NCBI GenBank assembly: GCA_041577295.1
Contig: JBFGJG010000004.1
Span: 32,001-96,000 of the forward strand
Origin: Gemmatimonadales bacterium
GTDB lineage: Bacteria; Gemmatimonadota; Gemmatimonadetes; Gemmatimonadales; GWC2-71-9
Reading direction: 5' to 3'
DNA: 64,000 nucleotides
The notes beneath the pieces are model-generated. The model was not told the origin of the DNA. It made no database searches and saw only the letters and a list, made by a program, of their open reading frames with translations. The translations under genes were made by a program, and so were the position numbers. Positions 38,385 to 47,515 of this stretch are shown here, one piece after another. Each line of letters begins with the position of its first letter. The first letter of the stretch is position 1.

Positions 38385-39917
38385 TCACTCCTGGAACAGT
38401 TTTGCGACCTCAGGCTTCATCACTTTCCCCAGCGCGTTTCGGGGCAGTGTCTGCACGCACTGCAGCTGGCGCGGCACTTTGTAGGGGGCAAGACGCTCCT
38501 TCGCCCACTGCTGTAGTGATTCGATCGTGAGGTCGGCGTTGGCGACCTCCTCGACCGCAACACAGATCTGCTCACCCCACTCCGGATCGGGTACACTCAC
38601 CACGGCGCATTCGGCGATTGCAGGATGTGTCCTCAGCACCTCTTCGATCTCGAGCGCCGACACCTTGAAGCCTCCGGTCTTGATGATGTCGACACTTGCG
38701 CGTCCCAAGATGCGGTAACGTCCGTCTTCCACCACCGCGAGATCACCTGTGCGAAACCAACCGTCGTGAAACGCTGCGGCCGTCGCCTCAGGTCGCCGCC
38801 AGTACTCACGGAACACCGTGGGACCACGCACCTCGATCTCACCAGCAATTCGCTCCGGGCCGATCGGACTCCCGTGATCGTCAACCAGTCGCACCTCGAC
38901 GGAGGGAAGGGGAGTACCCACGGTCCCTGGCACCCGCTCGCCCGCCAACGGGTTGGAGAGGGCCATCCCGATCTCGGTCATTCCGTAACGCTCGAGCAGG
39001 ACGTGGGTGCTAATCTCCCGCCACCGTTGAAGCGTGCTCACCGGCAAGGCTGCGGACCCGGAGACCATGAGCCGCATGCTTCGGCAGCCATCGGTAATAG
39101 CGCGCTGTCGTTCTGGCGGGGACTGTTCCCATGCGGCGATCAGCCGTTTGTACACGGTCGGCACGCCCATAAAGAGCGAGAGCTCGCCGCTGGCCAAGCG
39201 ATCGAGCACGGCGTTCGCGTCGAACCTTGGTATCATCTCGCACGTTGCGCCGACCCACAGTGCGCACGTCAGCACGTTGATGATGCCGTGCACGTGATGC
39301 AGCGGTAGTGCGAGCAGAATGCGGTCGCTCGGCTCCCACCCCCAGGCTTCCAGGAGCGCGGTTACCTGGGCCGCGATGTTGTCGTGCGTCGTGACGACGC
39401 CCTTGGCACGACCGGTTGTGCCGCTCGTGTACACCATGAGGGCGCGACGTGCGGAATCTACGGCGGGGAGTCCGACGAGATCGCCGTCGATGAGCTCGGG
39501 TGTCGTCGCAAAGCGTGCGTCCGTCCGTGAGGTCAGCGGTTCCACTCGCTCCGTCAGGGTAGGGTGGGCAACCACGATTGCGGCGCCAGCATCCTGAATG
39601 ACGTATTCGAGCTCCGGCGGTGGATGGGACACGGCCAGGGGCACGCCGATCCCACCCGCGCGCCAGATACCCCATTGCACCGCCACGTGATGCCAACCAG
39701 AGGGAACCAAATAGGCCACGCGCGTTTCCTCGAGATCCCGCCGCCCAGCGAGCAGCGACCCTGCGACGCGGTGCGATGCCTCCAAGAGTTGCCGGTACGC
39801 AAACGTGCCCTCCGGGGCCACGATGGCGGTCCGGTCCGAAGCCGCCCGGGCGCGGCTGATGAGCGGTAGGTCTTCAGAGTCGGTCACTATTGATTGCTGG
39901 CTGGAGGGGTCCTTCAT
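38385..39917 (-). CDS. Acyl-CoA synthetase, malonyl-CoA synthetase (MatB/ACSF3)-like
   Basis: YTSGTTGRAKG, LPLHHVHG, ERYGMTEIGMALSNPL, DIIKTGGFKVSALEIE. Confidence 0.85.
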   Translation of the reverse strand: MKDPSSQQSIVTDSEDLPLISRARAASDRTAIVAPEGTFAYRQLLEASHRVAGSLLAGRRDLEETRVAYLVPSGWHHVAVQWGIWRAGGIGVPLAVSHPPPELEYVIQDAGAAIVVAHPTLTERVEPLTSRTDARFATTPELIDGDLVGLPAVDSARRALMVYTSGTTGRAKGVVTTHDNIAAQVTALLEAWGWEPSDRILLALPLHHVHGIINVLTCALWVGATCEMIPRFDANAVLDRLASGELSLFMGVPTVYKRLIAAWEQSPPERQRAITDGCRSMRLMVSGSAALPVSTLQRWREISTHVLLERYGMTEIGMALSNPLAGERVPGTVGTPLPSVEVRLVDDHGSPIGPERIAGEIEVRGPTVFREYWRRPEATAAAFHDGWFRTGDLAVVEDGRYRILGRASVDIIKTGGFKVSALEIEEVLRTHPAIAECAVVSVPDPEWGEQICVAVEEVANADLTIESLQQWAKERLAPYKVPRQLQCVQTLPRNALGKVMKPEVAKLFQE

Positions 39918-40127
39918 CCCGACCGTGAGCGCTTGTGATGTGCGAGCGCAACACCTCGCCCCAAAAGTCGGCTCTCGATCGGTTTCACGAATCCCCGTAC
40001 GTGCATGAGGAATCGAAACTTAGTGATCGGTATGGCACTTGCCAGTCCGGAGTGAATGAAAGGCCGGGACGGCGCCCGCCCTGCCAGACAGCACGACGAG
40101 GACCATCGAAAGGAGGGGTTCGGCTAC

Positions 40128-40994
40128 ATGTCGCCGTCCCACGGTACCCGCTTGCGGCAGCATGTCGCGGCCAGCCCGATCACACCGTTCATCGGTATCT
40201 ACGACGTTTTTTCCGCGACGATCGCCGCGCGACATTTCCCGGCGTTGTTCGTAAGCGGCTTCGGTTTCTCCGCCAGTCACTACGGGCTTCCAGATCTCGG
40301 GTACATCGCCTGGTCCGATTTGGTGCAGTTCGTCCAGCGGGTGCGTACGGTTCTGCCAGAACACCACCTGCTGGTGGACATTGACGATGGGTACGGCGAT
40401 CCGGATGTGGCAGCGCACGTAGTCGCGCTTCTCGAGGCCGTCGGTGCCTCGGGCGTCGTGCTCGAGGATCAACGTCGTCCCCGTCGATGCGGTCACTTCA
40501 GCGGTAAGCAGCTCCTCGATTTGGATGTCTTCGTGAAGAAGCTCCACAAGGTTCTCGGCGCGAGACAGGATCTCTTGGTTATCGCCCGCACGGACGCGAC
40601 TGAGGCAGATGAAATTGGACGCCGTGTCCATGCCTATGCGGAGGTTGGTGCCGACGCGGTGCTGGTGGATGGTGTAGAAGATCTGAACGTCATCCGGCGG
40701 CTTGCTGGCCAGATTCAGGTGCCATTCACTTTCAATCAAATCGCCGGTGGCAAATCGCCCGCCGCTGATTTGACACAACTCGAGGCTCTCGGCGTGTCAC
40801 TCGTCATCTATAGCACGCCGTGTCTGTTCGCTGCTCAAGACGCGATGCACGCAGCGTTGGTGAATCTCAAACTGCAAAACGGACTCGTAAACCAGCAAGG
40901 CGATGCGCTCGTCGATGTTGGTCAATGCACGCAGCTCCTGCGCGAGAATCAATCACGCCGTTTCTTTTTGAACAGTGAACCCTCTCCCGTTTAG
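40128..40994 (+). CDS. Isocitrate lyase/PEP mutase superfamily enzyme (oxaloacetate acetylhydrolase-like)
   Basis: GLPDLG, VDIDDGYG, LEDQRRPRRCGH, ARTDA, VIYS; AGGAGG RBS before ATG 40128. Confidence 0.85.
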   Translation: MSPSHGTRLRQHVAASPITPFIGIYDVFSATIAARHFPALFVSGFGFSASHYGLPDLGYIAWSDLVQFVQRVRTVLPEHHLLVDIDDGYGDPDVAAHVVALLEAVGASGVVLEDQRRPRRCGHFSGKQLLDLDVFVKKLHKVLGARQDLLVIARTDATEADEIGRRVHAYAEVGADAVLVDGVEDLNVIRRLAGQIQVPFTFNQIAGGKSPAADLTQLEALGVSLVIYSTPCLFAAQDAMHAALVNLKLQNGLVNQQGDALVDVGQCTQLLRENQSRRFFLNSEPSPV

Positions 40995-41000
40995 CGCCCT

Positions 41001-42536
41001 ATGTTTCTGAACGCCCAAGTTGGCAGACTGATCGATCCCATCGGCGGGCGCCGCTGGAATCACGATCAGATCCGCTCAGAGTTCTCGTATCGCGTCTGTT
41101 TTCTGGCTGAGCACGGCTTCTGTACCGGCGACCGTGTATTTCTGCATTACGGAAACACGCTCGAGTTTTTCGTGGATTTGCTCGCGATCTGGTATTTGGG
41201 GGGATGTGCCATCCCCATCGATCCACGACTCACGCATTTCGAGATCGATACGTTGGCACAGGCGGCAAGCCCGCGATTCTCGCTTTGGATCGACGCTCCA
41301 CATGGCGATACCGCGGCCTCGCTCTCCGTTCGGGGCACGCAGATTCTCAAGATGCCCGAGGCGGGTGCGGATACACCAGCTGCCCCGAGCGGGGTAGCGG
41401 TACCGAGTCAGTTGTCCCTCGAACAGGATGCCTTGATCCTGTTCACATCGGGCACGACTGGCCAACCAAAGGGCGTGGTGCACACCCACCGGTCGCTACG
41501 CGCACGGTGGATGGCTCTGCGGCAGAGCCTGGGGACGAGGGTCTTTGAGCGCTCACTGTGCTTGTTACCGACGCACTTTGGTCACGGATTGATTTGCAAT
41601 TCCCTCTTTCCGTGGCTCACAGGGCGGGACCTCTACGTCGCGCCACCCTTTCGCGCTGACCTCCTCCTACAGCTCGGCGCGCTCCTCGACGAGCATGAGA
41701 TCACGTTCATGTCGTCGGTCCCTTCGGTGTGGCGCCTCGCCCTGAAAACGGCTCGGCCACCACAGAAGCGGACGCTGCGTAGCGTCTTCTGTGGGTCAGC
41801 ACCCCTGTCGGCGCACCTCTGGCGCGAGATTGCGAAGTGGACAAGCGCCAAGGCCGTGATCAATTCCTATGGCATCACGGAGACGGGAAGCTGGGTAGCG
41901 GGAACAACCATTCCCAAGTTCACCCCGGAGGACGGTCTGATCGGTGTCCCTTGGGGTGCGACGGTCAAGATCCTCAAGACGTCGGACACCGAGACCCCCC
42001 CTGCATTCGCCGAGGAGTGCGATGCGGGTGAAGAGGGTTTCGTGTGGCTCAACACGCCGGCCTTGATGAAGGGGTATCTGGATCGCGACGACCTCACCAA
42101 AAAGGTGGTCAGCCAGGGTTGGTTCATGACAGGCGACATCGGCACGATTCGCAACGACAGGCTGTACTTATGTGGCAGGGCGCGGGAGGAGATCAACAAA
42201 GGTGGGATGAAGGTCCATCCTGGGGATGTCGATGCTGTAGTTGAACGCTTCGCGGCCACGAGGGATGTCTGCACCTTTGCGGTCGATGATCAACTATATG
42301 GGCAGAATGTCGCGGTGGCAGTCGTGCTCGACGATCCGTCACCCGCCGCGCTCACCGAGCTCCAGGGCTGGGTACGGGAGCGCGTGGCGGACCACAAGGT
42401 GCCGGTACGCTGGTACGTGCTCGATTCGATTCCCCGTACGTCACGAGGCAAGGTCAACCGTGACGATGTGGCGCGACATTGTGCGCCCCGGCAACCCGAC
42501 CTGCCCCGTCCGAACGCCACGGGCAACGCGGCGTAA
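41001..42536 (+). CDS. Adenylate-forming (AMP-binding) ligase
   Basis: FTSGTTGQPKG, SYGITE, TGD, INKGGMKV, PRTSRGK. Confidence 0.9.
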   Translation: MFLNAQVGRLIDPIGGRRWNHDQIRSEFSYRVCFLAEHGFCTGDRVFLHYGNTLEFFVDLLAIWYLGGCAIPIDPRLTHFEIDTLAQAASPRFSLWIDAPHGDTAASLSVRGTQILKMPEAGADTPAAPSGVAVPSQLSLEQDALILFTSGTTGQPKGVVHTHRSLRARWMALRQSLGTRVFERSLCLLPTHFGHGLICNSLFPWLTGRDLYVAPPFRADLLLQLGALLDEHEITFMSSVPSVWRLALKTARPPQKRTLRSVFCGSAPLSAHLWREIAKWTSAKAVINSYGITETGSWVAGTTIPKFTPEDGLIGVPWGATVKILKTSDTETPPAFAEECDAGEEGFVWLNTPALMKGYLDRDDLTKKVVSQGWFMTGDIGTIRNDRLYLCGRAREEINKGGMKVHPGDVDAVVERFAATRDVCTFAVDDQLYGQNVAVAVVLDDPSPAALTELQGWVRERVADHKVPVRWYVLDSIPRTSRGKVNRDDVARHCAPRQPDLPRPNATGNAA

Positions 42537-42817
42537 TGGCACTCGGCGGACACCACGAGATCCGAGAACGACTCATCGCGTTCCTTGGCGAGCTGGACGT
42601 CGCCGTCGACACCCGCACGCCCGATGACGCACCCCTGATCGACTCCGGCGTGCTCGACTCGCTGGGAATCCTGAAGCTCGCCCTCTGGGTCGAGCAACAG
42701 GTGGGACGGCCGCTAGATCCTGCTAGCCTCGACTTGCCGGGTGATTGGAACACCCTCGAGCGCATCACGACTTTCATTGCCAGTCGGATCGATGACGACC
42801 GCTCATCCGCCGCATAG
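42536..42817 (+). CDS. Acyl carrier protein
   Basis: PLIDSGVLDSLGIL phosphopantetheinylation motif; TAATG coupling to the ligase. Confidence 0.88.
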   Translation: MALGGHHEIRERLIAFLGELDVAVDTRTPDDAPLIDSGVLDSLGILKLALWVEQQVGRPLDPASLDLPGDWNTLERITTFIASRIDDDRSSAA

Positions 42818-42860
42818 CACCGCCATCCCTGGAACGGCGCCGCGGCAAATCCCACTCCGT

Positions 42861-43997
42861 ATGAATAGCTACGACGTCGTTCCATACGCCCCAGAGCACA
42901 AAACCAGAGTACTCGCTCTGCTCAAGCACCTCGGGCGGACGCGGTTACCCGAACGCACCGCGTACTTCGAATGGAAGTTCGAACGAAATCCGTATATCGA
43001 GCCGCTGCTCTACGTTTCGCTCGCGGGCGACGAGGTCGTGGGGATGCGGGGCATCTTCGGGACGCGGTGGGAGATCGACGGGCAACGACACGTGCTTCCC
43101 TGCGCGACGAATCTCGTCATCGCTCCAGAGCACAGGCGCCGCGGGATCGTGAAGCAGGTGATGGATGCGGTGATGGCGGAACTTTGCCGCCGCGGGTTCC
43201 CGTACGTGATCAACACGAGCGCCACCAGCATCACTCATCTAGCGTCGCTGAGTCTCGGCTGGCGTGGCATCGGGGCACTCGGTGACATGCGACAGGGGAC
43301 GGTCAGCGATCACCAACTGTTCGCGTCGACCTCGAGTCCTGTTCGACGATACGTCACGAGGCTGTTTCGACGCGGACGTGCCTACGCTAAGCGCCGGTTG
43401 TTTGGGAGTCGCGCACCATTTTCCCGGTTCGACCGCGCAACGCGCGAGCGGCCGATCACAGGGGTTACGGTGCAGAGGACGCCGCGGCCCGAGGCGATGG
43501 CCGCGCTCATCGAGCGAATCGGTCACGACGGCCGTATGCGTCACGTGCGTGACGTCGAGTATCTCCGATGGCGTTACCAAAACCCGCTGGCCGAGTATCG
43601 ATTTGTGTTTCGCGAAGGCGACCAAGGCATCGACGGATATCTCGTACTCAGCACCAAGCGACGCGTTCACGCAGACGAGGTGGAGCTGTTCGTTGTCGAC
43701 CTCGAGGCCACGACGTCGGATGCACGGTGCGATCTGCTGGGAACCGTGCTGGGGTGGAGTGGGCATGACGCCTTGGCGATCTGGGCTGGCGGATTCGACA
43801 GCCGTCTCGCCACGTTTCTGATTGAACACGATTTTGAACCCACCATCCCGGAAGTGAGCATCACGCAACCCCAACGCACCGTCCTCGTGCGCCCAACGGG
43901 GAACTGCGATCGGAATGGACCGTGGATGATGGGCAAACGAAACCTGCTGAATGTCGCCAATTGGGATATGCGGATGATCTATTCCGACGGATTCTGA
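42861..43997 (+). CDS. GNAT-family acyltransferase (long two-domain form; start could be 42792)
   Basis: YFEWKFERNP, VIAPEHRRRGI, YLRWRYQNP. Confidence 0.8.
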   Translation: MNSYDVVPYAPEHKTRVLALLKHLGRTRLPERTAYFEWKFERNPYIEPLLYVSLAGDEVVGMRGIFGTRWEIDGQRHVLPCATNLVIAPEHRRRGIVKQVMDAVMAELCRRGFPYVINTSATSITHLASLSLGWRGIGALGDMRQGTVSDHQLFASTSSPVRRYVTRLFRRGRAYAKRRLFGSRAPFSRFDRATRERPITGVTVQRTPRPEAMAALIERIGHDGRMRHVRDVEYLRWRYQNPLAEYRFVFREGDQGIDGYLVLSTKRRVHADEVELFVVDLEATTSDARCDLLGTVLGWSGHDALAIWAGGFDSRLATFLIEHDFEPTIPEVSITQPQRTVLVRPTGNCDRNGPWMMGKRNLLNVANWDMRMIYSDGF

Positions 43998-44204
43998 CCC
44001 CGCCAACCCCGCTCCATTCCCCACGTTCCACCGCCCGCTCCGAATCGGCATTAAGTGGCAGTGAGCAGGCCCGAGCCCATCCAAGAGCTCACTGCTCGCT
44101 GTTCAACCCCTCTCGCACCGCTGCACTCCACGTGTAACTTTTCCCGGCGATTCCATACGCCGAGCCACAATGACCTCTCATCCTGTGGAAGCCCGCCCGT
44201 CACA

Positions 44205-45671
44205 GTGACCGACACTACGTCGCGTGAGGCGCGCTCCGGTCTCGATCCATGGGTCGAGAAAGAGCTTCCGCTTCCGCCCAATCCTCGCGGGCTCGCGTGG
44301 ATCGGCACGGTAGGCCCTGGGGTCATCGTGCTCGGTGCGTCGATCGGGAGCGGCGAGTTCTTGCTTGGTCCAGCGGCCTTTGTCCAGTACGGTCTGTCCC
44401 TCCTCTGGGTGACTGCGGTAGCCGCGTTTCTGCAAACCGTCTTCAACACTGAACTGATGCGATATACGCTGGCGACGGGGGAACCAGCCTTCACGGGATT
44501 CATGCGGACCAAGCCGCACTCGTCGTTCTGGGCCTCCGTGTATTCGCTGCTGTACATCCTGCAGTTGGGGTGGCCTGGTTGGGCTGGGGCAGCGGCGGGT
44601 GCCATCTTCTTCCTTTTTGCGGGCCGCCTCGCCGAGGCTACGGATGCCAGCGCCGTCTATGTCATCGGCGTTGCGGCGTTTCTCCTGTGCGTCGCAATTC
44701 TCCTAGTCGGCCGGCGCATCGAGCGTACGCTCGAAATTCTCAACTGGATCCTCGTTGTGACCATTCTCGGGGGGTTTCTGGTCATCGGACTCGTGCTCGT
44801 CGCACCAGCGACCTGGGTTGCCGCGATGGCGGGTCTCGTGGGTCTGGACCTTCGATCCGGCAGCTTTGCCTTCCTCCCCGCGGGGGCGGACTTCTTCTTG
44901 ATCGGCGCGTTTGCCGCGTACTCCGGCGCCGGTGGAATGATCAACTGCACGCTGTCCAACTGGGCACGTGATAAAGGATACGGCATGAGCCGGCACTCTG
45001 GATATATCCCCGCCGCGGTAGGTGGTCGAGCCGTCCACCTCGCCCACACCGGGTTTCGGTTTCGGCCGACGGCAGAGATGATGGAGCGCTGGCGGGGGTG
45101 GTGGCGCATCGTCCGCGCAGACCAGTGGGGTGTGTACTTCGTTGGCGCGTTACTCGGCATGATATTACCCGCGGTGCTCTATGTGACGTTCATTCCCGCG
45201 GGCACGGACATCCGTGGGCTTGGCGTAGCGGCAGAGTTGGCGGGCGCGCTCCGAGCTCGAGGTGAGCTCCTGGCGCTGCTCGTTGCGTTTCTGGGTGCAT
45301 GGATTCTCTTCAAGACACAGCTCGACATTCTCGATGGGATGACGCGGGGGCTCACGGACATTCTCTGGACGGGTAATCGACAGTTACGCAGCTCCCGAAT
45401 GGACGTGCGCGCGGTGTACTACGTCGTGCTGACCCTTGTCGTCATCTGGGGCATTATCGCACTCCGCCTGACGCAACCGATAGTGCTACTGCAGCTGGGC
45501 GCCAACATGGCAGGCATCGTGTTTATCATCGCATCGTTGCACTTGCTGTATGTCAACACGACGCTGCTACCATTGGAATTGCGCCCACCCATGTGGCGGC
45601 GTGTCGCGCTAGTCGCAGTGGCTCTGTTTTACGGAGCGTTTGTCACACTCTGGCTGACGAGTGTGTGGTGA
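44205..45671 (+). CDS. Nramp-like/YcsG-like membrane transporter
   Basis: GPGVIVLGASIGSGEF, RYTLATGE; about 11 TM helices. Confidence 0.75.
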   Translation: MTDTTSREARSGLDPWVEKELPLPPNPRGLAWIGTVGPGVIVLGASIGSGEFLLGPAAFVQYGLSLLWVTAVAAFLQTVFNTELMRYTLATGEPAFTGFMRTKPHSSFWASVYSLLYILQLGWPGWAGAAAGAIFFLFAGRLAEATDASAVYVIGVAAFLLCVAILLVGRRIERTLEILNWILVVTILGGFLVIGLVLVAPATWVAAMAGLVGLDLRSGSFAFLPAGADFFLIGAFAAYSGAGGMINCTLSNWARDKGYGMSRHSGYIPAAVGGRAVHLAHTGFRFRPTAEMMERWRGWWRIVRADQWGVYFVGALLGMILPAVLYVTFIPAGTDIRGLGVAAELAGALRARGELLALLVAFLGAWILFKTQLDILDGMTRGLTDILWTGNRQLRSSRMDVRAVYYVVLTLVVIWGIIALRLTQPIVLLQLGANMAGIVFIIASLHLLYVNTTLLPLELRPPMWRRVALVAVALFYGAFVTLWLTSVW

Positions 45672-45777
45672 TTGGGCTCGGGTGCCCGATCGCCATTGCT
45701 CTAGCGCGCACGCTGCACGAGGTGCACACTCCAGGACCGAAGGAGTAGGGAGTAGTCTGTTGCACGGAAGGGAAGCC

Positions 45778-46929
45778 GTGTCACGAAGCGAGTCGAGTTT
45801 GGTTCGCAGAGGTACAGCGTTGGTGCTTGCATCCGTTGGTGTGACCGTGACGGGATGCCAACCTGCGCCCGCAGATCTTATCGCCGAACGAATCGTCATC
45901 GCCCTGTCGCCGGAACCCGGCGAATACGCGATCGTGCGATACAATGCGGATGCACAGCCTGCGGTCTCGGACGCGTTGGCACGGGCGCTCGAGGCACGCG
46001 GCGCGGAAGTTGAGCTACTCCCCTATGGTTCTGTGTCTGACTTCGACCAGCGTATCGCCGGCGCGGATATTTACGTGCGGTTGCCGGACCCGACTGGTGA
46101 TGGGACGACCGCCGAGCAGCAGTTAGCACTCGCGAATTGGCTTGATGCTGGTCGCGGGCGCCAGGTCCACTTCCATTGGGGCGCCGGCACCATGGGCGCC
46201 GATGGTGTGCCTGGTGAGCATTCGCCAGTGTACGATGCACTCTATCTCGATGCGCTCGCCGTCGACTATCAGGAGCTCGACCGACACCAGGACGTGGCGA
46301 TAGAGGCGCTCAAATCAGGGCTCGTGCGGGTGACGACGCCTGCCGGCACTGACCTCACGTTTGAGGTTCGAGACCGCCCTTTCAACAAACAAAATGGTGA
46401 CGCGTCACGCAGGCAGATGGCACGTGCTCGGACCCGGATCGACCGGGAGATCGAGCTCCCGGCGGGCGTGGTCCGCGTGGCACCTATAGAGACTTCGGTG
46501 ACCGGAGCCCTCGTCGTGCCGTTTGCACGTTTCCCGGGAGGCAACGTCCACGGTCTCAGGCTTCAGTTCGAGCGGGGGGCGGTGACGACCATTGAGGCGA
46601 GCGAGGGTGCCGAGTTCGTTCGCACGGCCGTGACGCAGATGCCGGCACTTACGCGCTTTCGCGAGTTGGGCATTGGGTTCAATCCGGTGCTCCGCCCCCT
46701 CCCCGATGAACAGTGGATTCCCTACTACGGGTATGGCGAGGGAGTTGTGCGGCTCAGCCTCGGGAACAATCGAGAGCTCGGAGGCGAGGTGGATGGAGTA
46801 GGGGTCCGGTGGTTCTTCTTCCCAGATGCAACGGTTCGTGTCGGACAACAGGTGATCATCGAAGACGGTGAGTTGGTCATGGTACCGCACTTGTCCGGCA
46901 TCTCGCTGCTGGGCACGCAACGGGATTGA
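45778..46929 (+). CDS. Lipoprotein related to M29 (thermophilic metalloprotease) aminopeptidases
   Basis: Lipobox-like VTGC; TTPAGTDLTF, ELPAG, FRELGIGFNP. Confidence 0.65.
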   Translation: MSRSESSLVRRGTALVLASVGVTVTGCQPAPADLIAERIVIALSPEPGEYAIVRYNADAQPAVSDALARALEARGAEVELLPYGSVSDFDQRIAGADIYVRLPDPTGDGTTAEQQLALANWLDAGRGRQVHFHWGAGTMGADGVPGEHSPVYDALYLDALAVDYQELDRHQDVAIEALKSGLVRVTTPAGTDLTFEVRDRPFNKQNGDASRRQMARARTRIDREIELPAGVVRVAPIETSVTGALVVPFARFPGGNVHGLRLQFERGAVTTIEASEGAEFVRTAVTQMPALTRFRELGIGFNPVLRPLPDEQWIPYYGYGEGVVRLSLGNNRELGGEVDGVGVRWFFFPDATVRVGQQVIIEDGELVMVPHLSGISLLGTQRD

Positions 46930-46933
46930 GTAC

Positions 46934-47515
46934 ATGACGTGGATCAGGACCGTCGCTCCGGACACAGCTGACGGTCTCGTGGGACGACTATACGACGCCT
47001 TTCGTCATCAGTACGGCTTCATCCCCAACATTCGGCGCGCGCTGAGCCTCAATCCAGAGGCTCTCAGGGCGTACGTACAGTTGAGCGGTGCCGTTTACGG
47101 TGGTGGTGTGCTCGCGCCGGAAGAGCGCGAGATGATTGCCACTGTGGTGAGCGCCATCAACAGGTGCAAATACTGAAGAGATGCTCACGCAGAGTTTCTG
47201 CGCAAGCTGACCGGTAACGATGATTTGATTGAAGCGCTGAAGCGAGATTGGCACACGGCTTCGCTGACGTCTCGCCAACGGACGATCCTAGCGTACACCG
47301 AGAAGCTCAGCGTGCGCCCAAGCGAGATGACCGCTGAAGATTTGGCGACGTTGCGTGCCGAGGGCCTGAATGACGAGGCCATTCTCGCCATAGTGTTGGT
47401 CGCAGGGTTTTTCCAGCTGGCAACTCGTATTGCCGATGCGCTGGGCGTGGAACTCGATCCGGAGCTGACCCGTGGAACCGAAGCCTATGCAAAGTTTTTT
47501 CACGGCTCGACGTAG
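46934..47515 (+). CDS. AhpD/CMD-like peroxidase-related protein with in-frame TGA (probable selenocysteine, CxxU)
   Basis: EREMIATVVSAINRCKY-TGA-RDAHAEFL continues in frame into the 47225-47515 ORF; TGA at 47174-47176. Confidence 0.85.
47183..47207 (+). promoter_or_regulatory. Candidate bacterial SECIS hairpin
   Basis: GCT-CA-CGCAGA-GTT-TCTGCG-CA-AGC; the apical loop starts with G, 17 nt after the UGA. Confidence 0.6.

Noticed and set aside
40128..40994. PEP mutase / phosphonate biosynthesis
   Set aside because: Has EDQ...RCGH rather than the PepM EDKxxxxxNS motif, and no phosphonopyruvate decarboxylase is nearby.
46868..47515. Pseudogene or two separate small genes
   Set aside because: A single in-frame TGA at the catalytic Cys position, intact flanks and a SECIS-like hairpin favour recoding.
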